Shown: in pieces, positions 1-9,565 of the stretch
Layout of the letters: each line of letters opens with the position of its first letter
Position numbering within the stretch: the stretch's first letter is position 1
Assembly: GCA_020438295.1 (NCBI GenBank)
Contig: JAGQUV010000006.1
Span: forward strand, 1,535-65,534
Length of the DNA stretch: 64,000 nt
Source of the DNA: Solirubrobacterales bacterium
GTDB taxonomy: Bacteria > Actinomycetota > Thermoleophilia > Solirubrobacterales > 70-9
Direction: 5' to 3'
Program-made: the position numbers and the translations under genes
Notes under the pieces: generated by a model
The model's input: only the letters and a program-made list of their open reading frames with translations
Database searches by the model: none
Told to the model about the DNA's origin: nothing

Positions 1-717
1 TCCAGAGTCAAAATGGCGACCCGTTACGCCCGGCAGGACGAGGGTCTCGTTTCATTCGCCCTGATCGACGGCCGGGGCCGGATGCGCGGGTTCGAGCAGG
101 ACCGGCAGTTCGTGTCGGCCAGCCTGGTCAAGGCGATGCTGCTGGCGGCCGAGCTCCGGCGGCTCCGGGCCGGACGACTCGGCATGGATCCGGCCACCGC
201 GTCGACCCTCGATTCGATGATCACCGTGTCCGACAACGACGCCGCCGATGTCATCTACGAACGGGTCGGCGACGCGGGCCTGACCGAGGTGGCCGAGAAG
301 GCGGGGATGGCCGGGTTCGAGGTTGCCGGCCACTGGGGAAACGCCAGGCTGACGGCGGCCGATGCCGCCCGTTTCTTCCGCCACCTCGACCGCAACCTGG
401 TCGGCCCGGGAGCGCCGGCCGCGAAGAAGCTGCTCAATTCGATCACGCCGGAACAGCGCTGGGGCATTCCGGCGGTAGCCGGTGACCGCCGGCGCCCGTT
501 CTTCAAAGGAGGCTGGAGGTCGACCGACCTCGGGGAACTGGTCCACCAGGCCGCGCTGCTCGAAGGTCCTGGCGACGACCGGATCTCTCTGGCGGTTATG
601 ACCGACGGCCAGCTATCGCGCAACGACGCGATCGCCGACATCGAACAGATCGCCGCAATCCTGCTCGGGCAGACGGTACCGCGGCCGGGAGCCGCGAAAC
701 GGCCCGGCGCAGGCTGA
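1..717 (+). CDS. class A beta-lactamase-like serine hydrolase (5' end probably outside window)
   Basis: ORF 13..717, and the frame stays open back to nt 1. It has SxxK (SASLVK), SDN (VSDND) and a KTG-like FKGGW motif in class-A order. SxxK lies only ~35 aa after the first Met, so the signal peptide/N-terminus is likely upstream of the window. Confidence 0.7.
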   Translation, partial: SRVKMATRYARQDEGLVSFALIDGRGRMRGFEQDRQFVSASLVKAMLLAAELRRLRAGRLGMDPATASTLDSMITVSDNDAADVIYERVGDAGLTEVAEKAGMAGFEVAGHWGNARLTAADAARFFRHLDRNLVGPGAPAAKKLLNSITPEQRWGIPAVAGDRRRPFFKGGWRSTDLGELVHQAALLEGPGDDRISLAVMTDGQLSRNDAIADIEQIAAILLGQTVPRPGAAKRPGAG

Positions 718-926
718 TCGGGCCCTCCGATGCCCGTTGCGCGCTGATCCGGCCCCGGGAAATCCCGTTTCACCACCTTTTTACATCGATCCGGCAGCCC
801 CCGGATAACTTCCCGGTCGAGGCAACGTTGGACCCCGGCGTCCCCCTCCGAGAAGTACCGAACCGGACGTCGGCGCATAATCACCTGCCTCGCGCGCGCC
901 CCGAGACCTCTTCCCTCGGGACCAGT

Positions 927-953
927 CAGATCCCGCGAAGACCGCGGGATCTG
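927..953 (+). promoter_or_regulatory. perfect 11-bp stem / 5-nt loop hairpin upstream of ytoQ-like gene
   Basis: The sequence is cagatcccgcg-aagac-cgcgggatctg, read directly, 42 nt upstream of the ATG at 995. There is no U-tract. Its function (attenuator, terminator or operator) is unknown. Confidence 0.3.
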
Positions 954-994
954 CTGCCGCGTGCGATCGCCCCGCGATCGGGCCGGATGGCACA

Positions 995-1462
995 ATGAAC
1001 ACCATGGACCAAAGGGAATGGAACGTGTATCTGGCCGGCGAGATCCATTCCGACTGGCGCGAGCGGGTGGTCGAGGCCTGCGACGGGCTTCCCGTACGTT
1101 TCACAGCTCCGGTGACCGACCACCCGGCCTCCGATGCCGCCGGGACCGGGACCCTGGGCGATGAACAGGAGAAGTTCTGGGCGGATCACAAGGGCGCCGG
1201 GGTCAACTCGATCCGCACCCAGACCCTGATCGGCGATGCCGACGTGGTGGTGGTCCGGTTCGGTGACCGGTACCGGCAGTGGAACGCCGCATTCGACGCC
1301 GGATATGCGGCGGCGCTGGGCAAGCCGGTGATCACGCAGCACGACCCCGAGTTCGACCACGCACTTAAAGAGGTGGACGGCGCCGCCCGGGCGACCGCCC
1401 GCAGTCCGGAGCAGGTGGCGGCCGTCCTGCGCTACGTGATCACCGGCGAGCTGCCCGGCTGA
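995..1462 (+). CDS. YtoQ family protein (nucleoside 2-deoxyribosyltransferase-like fold)
   Basis: The N-terminus VYLAGEIHSDWRE and the later RQWNAAFDAGYAAALGKPVI match the Bacillus YtoQ family pattern. The length (155 aa) is typical. Confidence 0.8.
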   Translation: MNTMDQREWNVYLAGEIHSDWRERVVEACDGLPVRFTAPVTDHPASDAAGTGTLGDEQEKFWADHKGAGVNSIRTQTLIGDADVVVVRFGDRYRQWNAAFDAGYAAALGKPVITQHDPEFDHALKEVDGAARATARSPEQVAAVLRYVITGELPG

Positions 1463-1559
1463 CCGGCCGGCACGCGACCGGGCCGGTCGATCGGTGGGCC
1501 GCCGGCGGAAGCAAGGCATGGCTGCGGTCCCGTCGCAACGGCACGGCTTCCGCGCCGGT

Positions 1560-3065
1560 TCAACCGCCGTATGGGACCGGGCAGCGGCGGTAGAGCTTCC
1601 AGGAACGGTTCTCGGCGACCGGGCGGAACCCCGGCGGCGGCCGGGTCACTGCTCGACCCGGTTCACCGGGGTCGAGGATGAAGTTGTGCAGGGTGAACGG
1701 CCGGGCCGGGGCCAGGAAGTACCCGCGCTCGGGCTGCTGTTCCGCGGCCGCGATCGAGACCACGTCCGACGGCCTGATGTCGAGCCAGAAGGCGAGTCGC
1801 GGCGTGGCGCGGTGGTTGGGGACGGAGATCGGCAGGCAATCGGGATCGGTGAGCGGCTCGAACGCACCGTCGTCTACCAGGGCCTCGAGATCGTTCTCGA
1901 CCAGGCCCTGACCGTCGAGGTCGCGGTCGACCGTCTTCAGCAGGTCGATCTGGTTCGGCAGCCAGATCAGGTAGAGCAGCACGACCACGACGGCGGCCGC
2001 CTGCCACGGCTTCCGCCAGCGGCTGTCGGCAGGGACGAGACGCCAACCGAGGATCGAGGCGGCCGAAAAGACCGCCAGTATCGACGCCCCCAGCATCGTG
2101 TAGCGGGCGATGATCGCCAGTCCGGCGGCTCCGAGCAAAGCGAACGCGGCCAGTGCGAGCGCCGCTCCGGCGAGTGGTACGGCCGCCCTCCTGGGCATCA
2201 CCTTCACGGTCAGCAGAATGCCGAGCAGCGCGCCGACCATGCCGGGCCACTGCAGCACTTCGCCCAGCCGGCGCGGGCCGTAGAGCACTACGTCGACCGG
2301 CCCCGACGCCCGCTCGAGCGTCTCCACGTTGTCGCGGGTCCCGGTGAACGATTCCAGCGGGTTGCCGGCGGTGACCAGGTCGAAAAGGAACCAGAGCAGT
2401 GGACCGGCCGCGGCAAGCAGGGCCAGGCCGACCACCCGGCGGTCGATCCCGCCGGGTCGGAACTCGGGCCGGGGCAGCTTCCGGCCCGGGGGTCTCCGCA
2501 GGTCGAACATCAGGTAGACGAAATAGACGCCGGAGAACAGCCAGGCCTCCGGCCTCAGCAGGCCGGCCGGGACGAGCAGGGCAAGGACCGGCCACCCGGC
2601 CCGGTTCCTCCGGGTCTCGACCAGCAGCGCCGCCAGGCAGAGCACGATGAACGGGATGTCGATGTAAGCCCGCAGGCCGTTGCTGAGGACCGGCGCGGCG
2701 GTGATCACGAAAAGCGCCCCCAGCAGCCCGATCGGGGCGTCGAACCAGATCGATCCGAGCCGGTAGACCAGGAAGACCAGCAATCCGAGGCTGACATAGG
2801 CAATCACCACCGCGGCCGTGATCGCCCCGTCGCCGAGCGGCGCGGTCACGAACCCGAGCAGGTCGTACAGCGGATGTGGCGTGGGGGTGAGGGCCGGCGC
2901 GTAGTCGGGACCCATCCCGTCGAAGATCTCGCGGCCCCAGAGCAGGTAATAGATCGTGTCGTAGTTGGTGAAGCCGAGCGGGAATATGGCCAGCAGGGCG
3001 GCCGATACGACCACGACGAACGCGGCGGGAGTTCCCCATCTCGACAGTCGGTCCGAGTCCGCCAT
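1560..3065 (-). CDS. polytopic membrane protein, GT-C type glycosyltransferase-like (ArnT/PMT-like), function tentative
   Basis: ORF 1560..3119 contains more than 10 hydrophobic segments and has good GC3 codon bias. The plausible start is MADSDRLS (ATG at 3065). The family assignment rests on general resemblance only. Confidence 0.55.
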   Translation of the reverse strand: MADSDRLSRWGTPAAFVVVVSAALLAIFPLGFTNYDTIYYLLWGREIFDGMGPDYAPALTPTPHPLYDLLGFVTAPLGDGAITAAVVIAYVSLGLLVFLVYRLGSIWFDAPIGLLGALFVITAAPVLSNGLRAYIDIPFIVLCLAALLVETRRNRAGWPVLALLVPAGLLRPEAWLFSGVYFVYLMFDLRRPPGRKLPRPEFRPGGIDRRVVGLALLAAAGPLLWFLFDLVTAGNPLESFTGTRDNVETLERASGPVDVVLYGPRRLGEVLQWPGMVGALLGILLTVKVMPRRAAVPLAGAALALAAFALLGAAGLAIIARYTMLGASILAVFSAASILGWRLVPADSRWRKPWQAAAVVVVLLYLIWLPNQIDLLKTVDRDLDGQGLVENDLEALVDDGAFEPLTDPDCLPISVPNHRATPRLAFWLDIRPSDVVSIAAAEQQPERGYFLAPARPFTLHNFILDPGEPGRAVTRPPPGFRPVAENRSWKLYRRCPVPYGG

Positions 3066-3149
3066 CGGGGCATTGTCCCGGTATCGCCCGGCGGCAGGCG
3101 GTGAGCTTCGGGGCATCATGGCTCCCGGTTACACTGGCCCCCTCCCGCG

Positions 3150-4847
3150 ATGAGCCAGGCTTCGTCCCTTTACCGCCGTCACCGGCCCGGATCTTTCGAT
3201 CAGGTGGTCGGCCAGCGCCATGTCGTCCGCACGCTGTCGAACGCGATCGAGTCGGGCCAGGTCCACCACGCCTACCTGTTCGTCGGGTCCCGGGGCACCG
3301 GCAAGACCTCGATGGCGAAGATCCTGGCCGCTTCGCTCAACTGCGAGAACGGCGGTCCGACCCTGACGCCCTGCGGTACCTGCGAGTCCTGCCGCTCGAT
3401 CGCGGCCGGCACCTCGGTCGATGTGATCGAGATGGACGCGGCCTCGAACCGTTCGGTGGACGACATCCGGGGCCTGCGCGACCGGGTCGCGTTCGCCCCC
3501 ACGGCGGGCAGCTGGAAGGTCTACATCCTCGACGAGGCCCACATGCTGACCAAGGAGGCCTGGAATGCGTTCCTGAAGACGCTGGAGGAGCCTCCGCCGA
3601 ACACGATCTTCATTCTCGCAACGACCGAGGCCCACAAGGTCATGCCGACGATCGCCGACCGCTGCCAGCGCTTCGATTTCCAGCGGCCGTCGATCGAACA
3701 GCTCTCCGAGGTGATCGACCGGGTGGCGGCGGCCGAGTCGATCGGCCTCGACCCCCCGGCAGTCTCGATGATCGCCCGGTCGGCGGCCGGCAGCTTCCGC
3801 GACGCGCTCGGGACCCTCGATCAGCTGGTTGCCTACAGCGGCAAGACGATCGCTCTCGACGACGTGCTGGAGCTGCTCGGCGCCGCCGATGCCGACCTGC
3901 TGTTCGGGGTGATCGATGCGGTGGTGGACGGCGATCCCAAAGGCGTCCTGGATTCGGTCGAGACGATGGCCGCCAGCGGACGCGATCCGACCCGCTTCGC
4001 CCGCGATCTGCTCGGACATCTCCGCGTGTTGCTGGTGACCCAGACCACCGGGGAGATCCCCGAGGCATTCGCGGTCACCGCGGCCGACGGCGCCCGGCTC
4101 TCGGCCCAGGCCCAGGCGATCGGCCCGGTCACGCTGATCCGTACGATCGACGAGCTGGCCGGGGCCCTGGGTTCGATCCGGGAAGGCGACGAGGCCCGGC
4201 TGGCGGTGGAGGTGGCCTTGCTCAAGGCCGCCCGTCCCGACCTCGATCCCAGCTCCGAAGGATTGATGCGGAGGATCGAGCGGCTCGAGCGTGACGGGCC
4301 CGGTTCCGGGGAGAAGCCGCCGGCGGTCGGACTCGTCGACCTGCCGGACCCGGAACCGGCGGGTGACCAGCCGGCGGACGACGCCGCGGCGGGCTCGGCG
4401 ATCGCTCCGGCCGAGGCAGCGGATCCTCCGCCGTCCGAGTCGGCCCCGGCTGGAGCTTCAGCCGGGGGGATCCCCGAGCCCGACCTGGACCGGGAGAAGC
4501 TCACCCGGATCTGGCCGACCGTCCTTGATTCGCTCAGGGCGCGAGGCAGCGGCCCCGCTGCGTCGCTGTTCGAAGAGGCCAGGCCGCTCGGTTTCGAGGC
4601 CGGGGTGGTGACGGTCGGCTTCCCGCCGGAGTCGGCCTTCAACCGGCGGAATGCCGAAAAGCCGGAACGGCGGGCGCAGCTCACCGAGGCCCTGCTGGCG
4701 GTGACCGGCGAGCGGCTCGAGATCGCCTACGAGAGCCTCGACGCCGATTCGGGGGACGGGGCCGGATCACCGCCGGGCGGGGTGGTCGGGGAGGATGAGT
4801 TCGTGGAAAAGGTGAAATCAGTATTCAACGCGGAGGAGGTCATCTGA
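3150..4847 (+). CDS. dnaX: DNA polymerase III subunit gamma/tau
   Basis: The N-terminus YRRHRPGSFDQVVGQ and the Walker A motif GSRGTGKTS are present, with the Zn module CGTCESC. The C-terminus is Pro/Ala-rich and tau-like. The gene heads the conserved dnaX-ybaB-recR order. Confidence 0.95.
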   Translation: MSQASSLYRRHRPGSFDQVVGQRHVVRTLSNAIESGQVHHAYLFVGSRGTGKTSMAKILAASLNCENGGPTLTPCGTCESCRSIAAGTSVDVIEMDAASNRSVDDIRGLRDRVAFAPTAGSWKVYILDEAHMLTKEAWNAFLKTLEEPPPNTIFILATTEAHKVMPTIADRCQRFDFQRPSIEQLSEVIDRVAAAESIGLDPPAVSMIARSAAGSFRDALGTLDQLVAYSGKTIALDDVLELLGAADADLLFGVIDAVVDGDPKGVLDSVETMAASGRDPTRFARDLLGHLRVLLVTQTTGEIPEAFAVTAADGARLSAQAQAIGPVTLIRTIDELAGALGSIREGDEARLAVEVALLKAARPDLDPSSEGLMRRIERLERDGPGSGEKPPAVGLVDLPDPEPAGDQPADDAAAGSAIAPAEAADPPPSESAPAGASAGGIPEPDLDREKLTRIWPTVLDSLRARGSGPAASLFEEARPLGFEAGVVTVGFPPESAFNRRNAEKPERRAQLTEALLAVTGERLEIAYESLDADSGDGAGSPPGGVVGEDEFVEKVKSVFNAEEVI

Positions 4848-5212
4848 TGGCTCGTAAAGGAATGGGCGGCCCCGGCGGCGGCATGGGCGGCATGGACATG
4901 AACGCCTTGCTCAAGCAGGCCCAGCAGATGCAGACCGACATGCTCCAGGCACAGGAGGCGCTCAAGGACGAGCAGACCGAAGCCAGCGCCGGGGGCGGCA
5001 TGGTCAAGGTCACGATCAGCGGCGATCTGGTGATCAAGGACGTGACCATCGATCCCGACGCGGTGGACCCCGAAGACGCCGAGATGCTGGCCGAAATGGT
5101 TCAGGCCGCGGTCAACGAGGCGATTCGCTCGGCCCAGGAACTGGCCGCGTCGAAGATGCCCGACATGCCGGGTATGCCGGGTATGGGCGGACCCGGGCTG
5201 CCCGGAGGATGA
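4847..5212 (+). CDS. ybaB: YbaB/EbfC family nucleoid-associated protein
   Basis: MNALLKQAQQMQ...GGGMVKVTISGDLVIKDVTIDP is the canonical YbaB signature. The start overlaps the dnaX stop (TGATG). Confidence 0.93.
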   Translation: MARKGMGGPGGGMGGMDMNALLKQAQQMQTDMLQAQEALKDEQTEASAGGGMVKVTISGDLVIKDVTIDPDAVDPEDAEMLAEMVQAAVNEAIRSAQELAASKMPDMPGMPGMGGPGLPGG

Positions 5213-5808
5213 GCGAAGGCCCGGCCCCGCTGAGCCGCCTCACGGCCGAGCTTTCGCAGCTGCCCGGCATCGGCCGCCGCACGGCGCAGCGGCTGGCCTT
5301 CCACATTCTCCGGTCGGACGACTCCGACGCCCGGAACCTGGCCCAGGCGATCCTCGAGGTCAAGGAAAAGGTCGGGCTGTGCGAGGTCTGCTTCAACCTC
5401 TCGGAGGGACCGCGCTGCAGGATCTGCGACGACGCCTCCAGGGACGAGTCGCTGATCTGCGTGGTCGAGGAACCGGCCGACGTGATCCCGATCGAACGCA
5501 CCCATGAATACCGCGGGCTGTACCACGTGCTGGGCGGGGCGCTTTCGCCGATCGACGGGATCGACGAAGAGGATCTCCGGATCGCCGAGCTGAGGCGCCG
5601 GGTCGAGGCGGGCGGGATCGCCGAAGTGATCCTGGCGACCAACCCGACCACCACCGGCGAGGCCACCGCGATGCACATCGCCGACCTGCTCAGGAGCAGC
5701 ACCAGCGTGACCCGGCTGGCCAGCGGGCTACCGGTCGGGGCGGACCTGGAGCACGCCGACGAGGTCACTCTCGGCAAGGCGATGGCCGGCCGCCAGACCC
5801 TCAGCTGA
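5209..5808 (+). CDS. recR: recombination protein RecR
   Basis: LPGIGRRTAQRLAFH (helix-hairpin-helix), a C4 zinc finger (CEVCFNLSEGPRCRIC) and a Toprim region are present. There is an ATGA overlap with ybaB. Confidence 0.95.
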   Translation: MSEGPAPLSRLTAELSQLPGIGRRTAQRLAFHILRSDDSDARNLAQAILEVKEKVGLCEVCFNLSEGPRCRICDDASRDESLICVVEEPADVIPIERTHEYRGLYHVLGGALSPIDGIDEEDLRIAELRRRVEAGGIAEVILATNPTTTGEATAMHIADLLRSSTSVTRLASGLPVGADLEHADEVTLGKAMAGRQTLS

Positions 5809-5868
5809 GCATTCCCCGGCCAACCGGGCCCCGCGTCGGGACCGGCTCGACTGCCCGGGCTTCCCGAC

Positions 5869-6699
5869 CTATTGCTTGCGCGGAATCAGCAATGCCACCT
5901 GGCGACAGCGGGCCAGCAGGGTGCCGTCCCTGCTCCAGAGCTCCCCGTCCTCGCTGAAGTGACCTTCGGTTGCCTGGTCCACGTTCAGGTGGATCAGCGA
6001 CCAGTCGGGCTGCTCGGTGACCGGCAGGGTGACCGGGAAATGCACCGTGTATTCGAGCGTCGGGGCCCTGACCGGCTCGGTCAGGTTGAGGAACGGCGCC
6101 GGGAACCAGACGTCGAGCATCGCCGCGGCCAGCACCGGGGTCATCGGCTGATCGTCTTTCAGTCGCAGCCAGCCAGCGGTTTCGGCTCTGGGCCCGCCCG
6201 ACAGCGGTGCTCCGCCGAGCGCCGGGATCGCCCGGTACTGGGAGAACACGGCAACCGGGCCCTGCCCGGTGTCCATCTCCTGCCCCTCCTCCGGGGCCGG
6301 CACGTCGGGCATCGAACCGTGATCGAACGAGGGGCCTTCGCGAGGCCCGGAAAAGACCGCCATCGCCTTGGCCTCGACCTCGCCGTCCTGGATCATCCGG
6401 GCCGAGATGAAGCTGGTCGATCGGCCCTGGCGCTCGATCGTGATTTCGATCTCGGCCGGGCCGGTCCGGGGCGGGGCAAGGAAGTGCACGGTCAGTGAAC
6501 GGGGTGGCTGGGCGTCGGGATCGCCGACCGTGTCGGTCACCGACCGGGTCATCGCCTCCAGCATCAGCGCCGCGACGTAGCCGCCGTTCGGTCCCCGGCT
6601 CACCCACCAGCGGTCGTTCAGGGTGACCCGGTAGCGGTTATCGCCGATCGGCTCGGCGGCGGTGTCGGTCTGGAAGTCGGTCGGTTCGTTCATCTTCAT
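5869..6699 (-). CDS. thioesterase-superfamily protein (TesB-like double hot-dog acyl-CoA thioesterase)
   Basis: The 276-aa product has two hot-dog-like halves and the typical N-terminus ...GPNGGYVAALML. The assignment is by family resemblance. Confidence 0.6.
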   Translation of the reverse strand: MKMNEPTDFQTDTAAEPIGDNRYRVTLNDRWWVSRGPNGGYVAALMLEAMTRSVTDTVGDPDAQPPRSLTVHFLAPPRTGPAEIEITIERQGRSTSFISARMIQDGEVEAKAMAVFSGPREGPSFDHGSMPDVPAPEEGQEMDTGQGPVAVFSQYRAIPALGGAPLSGGPRAETAGWLRLKDDQPMTPVLAAAMLDVWFPAPFLNLTEPVRAPTLEYTVHFPVTLPVTEQPDWSLIHLNVDQATEGHFSEDGELWSRDGTLLARCRQVALLIPRKQ

Positions 6700-6723
6700 G
6701 CGGTCCCTTTTATCCGTTTCGGT

Positions 6724-8853
6724 TCAGGTCTGTCCGGACGCCTGTTCCGACAGGCCCCATCGGTCGTGAAGACGCCGGAGCGGGGCGGGCGCCCACCAAT
6801 TGCGGCTCCCCAGGAGCTTCATCAGCGACGGAACCAGCAGGGCGCGGATGATCGTGGCATCGATCAGCACGGCGAGCGCGGTTCCGACCCCGAGCTCCTT
6901 GACGAAGACGACGTCCGACGTGGCGAATGCGCCGATCGCGATCGCAAACAGCAATGCCGCCACGGTGACGATGCGCCCGGTCCGCTCGAGGCCGAGGGCG
7001 ACCGACTCCGAGTCGGAGTGGCCCGAGTCGCGTGCCTCCTTGATCCGCGATAGCAGGAACACGGCATAGTCGGTAGACAGGCCGAACGTCGTGGCCAGGA
7101 TCAGGATCGGCATGGTCTGGTCGACCCCGCCCGGGGCCACGAAATCGAGCGGGCCGCTGAGGTGGCCCTCCTGGAAGATCAGGACGAGGATCCCGAAGAC
7201 CGCGCCCAGGGTGAGCAGGTTCATCAGCAGCGACTTGACCGGCAGCACGACCGAGCCGGTGAACAGGAAAAGGATCAGCAGCGTCGCGCCGACGATGATC
7301 GTTGCCGCCAGCGGCAGATGGTCGAGCAGGCTCTGCTGGAAGTCGACGAACCTGGCGGTGTTGCCGCTGACCAGGACCTCGACCCCGACGCCGAAGCCCG
7401 TCTCGCGCAGCCGCTCGACCGTGTTCCTGGTCGGTCCGTCCATGTAGCCCGCGACCGAGTCGGCTTCGATCAGGCTGACGCCGCCGCCGAGGTCGACCGG
7501 GCGACGCGTCGACACGATCCCGTCGGACCGTGCGACCGTCTTGCCGACCGTCCGCGCGGTCCGCCGGTCACCCTCGACCACGACCCTGATCGTCTCGCTG
7601 TCGCCGGCCGGGAAATCGCGGTCGAGCACCGTCTCTACCGTGCGCGAACTCGTCCCCGGGGGCAGGATCTTCGAGTCGACCGGGACGAACTTCATGCCGA
7701 ACGCCGGCAGAGCCAGCATCAGGAGGCCGAGTGCGGTGATCGCGGCGATCGGCCCCGGACGTTTCATCACGAACTGCGACAACCGGTACCAGAACCCGTC
7801 CTCGCGGCTGCCGGCCTCGCGATCGGCCCGGCGCTGGAGAAAGCGGGGGGCGATCGAATTGACCCGTTCGCCGAGCATGGTCAAGACCGCGGGCAGCACG
7901 ATCAGGGCAACCGCCGCGGAAAGCAGCGCCACCAGGGTGCCGCCGAGGCCCATCGAGTAGAGAAAGCGCTGGGGAAAGATCAGCAGGGCGGCCATCGATG
8001 CGGCCACGGTCAGCGAAGAGAACAGTACGGTGCGGCCGGCCGTGTTCATGGTCCTGGTCATCGCGCCGAGCCCGGGGCCGGTCCGGGCAATCTCCTCGCG
8101 GTAGCGCGACACGATGAACAGGCTGTAGTCGATTGCCAGGCCGAGGCCGAGGCCGGTGACCAGGTTCAGCGAGAGCAGCGAGATCGAACCGATCTCGGCG
8201 CCGATCCTCAGGCCGAGAAAAGTGCCCAGGATGGCCAGGCCGCCGACCAGTAGCGGCAGCAGGGCGGCGACGGCGCTGCGGAAGAAGAACAGAGACAGCA
8301 GGAAGAGCAGGGGGAAGGCCAGCATCTCGGCCTTGCGCAGGTCGGTCTCCACCTGGTTGTTGACCTGCTCGTTGGCCATCGCCAGGCCGCCGACCAGGAC
8401 GTCGTCCCGCTCCGAGAAGTGCTCGCTCAGGCCGGCCGCCGCTTCCTGCTGGACCGCGTCGTCGGTCGAATCGAGTGAGACCGCGAGGAAAGTGGCATCG
8501 CCTTCCCTGGAGACGAAGGCCGCCGAACCGGTCTGGCTGAAGCCGACCACCTGCTGCACCCCGGGCCGGTCGAGGATCTCCCGCCGCAGCTGGTCGACCT
8601 CGGCCCGGTCGGCCTTCGACCGCTCGACGTCCACGCCTTTGATCAGGATGTTGGTGTCGGCCGGGCGGTAGCCGGCGTCGGTCAGCTTCCGGTCGGCCCG
8701 GATGCTTTCGCTGGCCTCGTCCTCGGCCCCGAACGGATCCAGGTGGGACGCCACGCCGCCACCGATCGCCCCCGAGACGAGAAAGACCAGGGCCGCCACC
8801 ACCGCCACCACCCGGGCCCGCCTGTCAGCCAGCCTTGCCAGACGGTCAAACAT
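6724..8853 (-). CDS. MMPL family (RND superfamily) membrane transporter
   Basis: The protein shows a duplicated architecture (TM, periplasmic domain, 5 TM) with GxxxDYxxF motifs (GLAIDYSLFIVSRYREE and GLSTDYAVFLLSRIKEA). The likely start is MFDRLARL at 8853, which overlaps the PadR stop by 8 nt (ATGTTTGA). Confidence 0.9.
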   Translation of the reverse strand: MFDRLARLADRRARVVAVVAALVFLVSGAIGGGVASHLDPFGAEDEASESIRADRKLTDAGYRPADTNILIKGVDVERSKADRAEVDQLRREILDRPGVQQVVGFSQTGSAAFVSREGDATFLAVSLDSTDDAVQQEAAAGLSEHFSERDDVLVGGLAMANEQVNNQVETDLRKAEMLAFPLLFLLSLFFFRSAVAALLPLLVGGLAILGTFLGLRIGAEIGSISLLSLNLVTGLGLGLAIDYSLFIVSRYREEIARTGPGLGAMTRTMNTAGRTVLFSSLTVAASMAALLIFPQRFLYSMGLGGTLVALLSAAVALIVLPAVLTMLGERVNSIAPRFLQRRADREAGSREDGFWYRLSQFVMKRPGPIAAITALGLLMLALPAFGMKFVPVDSKILPPGTSSRTVETVLDRDFPAGDSETIRVVVEGDRRTARTVGKTVARSDGIVSTRRPVDLGGGVSLIEADSVAGYMDGPTRNTVERLRETGFGVGVEVLVSGNTARFVDFQQSLLDHLPLAATIIVGATLLILFLFTGSVVLPVKSLLMNLLTLGAVFGILVLIFQEGHLSGPLDFVAPGGVDQTMPILILATTFGLSTDYAVFLLSRIKEARDSGHSDSESVALGLERTGRIVTVAALLFAIAIGAFATSDVVFVKELGVGTALAVLIDATIIRALLVPSLMKLLGSRNWWAPAPLRRLHDRWGLSEQASGQT

Positions 8854-9448
8854 CGCGGTCCGCCCCTGCCTGGGCCCCGCCGCCCGCGACCGTGCCGATA
8901 TCGCCACCGGCGTCGTCGCCCGCTTCCGCTTCGAGCCGGGCGATCTCCGCGTCACACCACTCGATCGCCCACTGATTGAAGCCGAGCCCGAAACGGAGAA
9001 CGGCCAGCCATGGGGGGTCGCCCTCGACCGGCCGCTGTGCCTCGTGCACCAGCCTCAGGCGGTCGGCCTTGCCGCGATGGAGCTCGGCCATCGCCCGGAC
9101 CAGCTCGACCCGCTGCGACCGGGGGAGGGCATCGGCGAAGAACAGCTTCAGCATGCCTTCGTGGCGTAGCTCCATCGTGCTCTCCCCGTTCAGCAGCCAG
9201 GCCCGGAGCGCTTCGAGGCCCGGGCCGGTGATCCGGTAGGCGATGCGGCCGCGTTCGCCGCCGGGCTGGTCCGACGGTTCGATCAGGCCGGCCTCGGCCA
9301 GGCGTTTCAGCTCGGGATAGATCTGCCCGTAGCTGGCGGCCCAGAAGAAGCGGGTCGACTCGTCGACCCGGGTCTTGATGTCGTAGCCGGACATCTCGGA
9401 GCCGCTGAGGAAGCCGAGGATCACCGTGCCGGTGGGTGTCAGGTCCAT
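8846..9448 (-). CDS. PadR family transcriptional regulator
   Basis: The sequence ILGFLSGSEMSGYDIKTRV...ASYGQIYPELKRLAEAGLI is the PadR winged-helix signature. The start is taken at MDLTPTG (ATG 9448). The gene is translationally coupled to the downstream MMPL gene. Confidence 0.88.
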   Translation of the reverse strand: MDLTPTGTVILGFLSGSEMSGYDIKTRVDESTRFFWAASYGQIYPELKRLAEAGLIEPSDQPGGERGRIAYRITGPGLEALRAWLLNGESTMELRHEGMLKLFFADALPRSQRVELVRAMAELHRGKADRLRLVHEAQRPVEGDPPWLAVLRFGLGFNQWAIEWCDAEIARLEAEAGDDAGGDIGTVAGGGAQAGADRDV

Positions 9449-9465
9449 ATATCGGTTTGATATAT
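9447..9465. promoter_or_regulatory. AT-rich palindrome ATATATC-N5-GATATAT overlapping the PadR start codon (candidate PadR operator / promoter element)
   Basis: A perfect 7-bp inverted repeat was read directly. It is a conspicuously AT-rich island in GC-rich DNA, in the lysC/PadR divergent intergenic region. Confidence 0.4.
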
Positions 9466-9565
9466 CCGCCCGACCGGCGGCCAAGCGTGAGCTTGGTCAC
9501 GCCACGCCGATCGGTTGCCGATTCGATCGAACGCCGGTCTGCCGGTATCCCTATGCTCACAAGCC

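Noticed and set aside
1494-3104. Long antisense or alternative-frame ORFs. Examples are 1494-3104, 1663-3039, 25625-27007, 32192-33967, 41346-42542, 43419-45365, 59664-61340 and 62269-63876.
   Set aside because: All of them overlap genes with unambiguous family signatures on the other strand or frame. Their translations are low-complexity R/P/G/D-rich strings without motifs. I treat them as GC-driven artefacts and have no evidence for overprinting.
3066-3149. SRP (4.5S/scRNA) gene, which often sits just upstream of dnaX in Gram-positive bacteria
   Set aside because: The gap is only 84 nt. I could not find the conserved domain IV motif (GGAA tetraloop flanked by the AGCA/GGUCAGG-type symmetric loop) on either strand.
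3150-4847. Programmed -1 frameshift site in dnaX producing gamma
   Set aside because: I saw no A-AAA-AAG/A-AAA-AAA-type slippery heptamer in the gene. The only A-run (ggaaaaggtg near 4806) is at the extreme 3' end.
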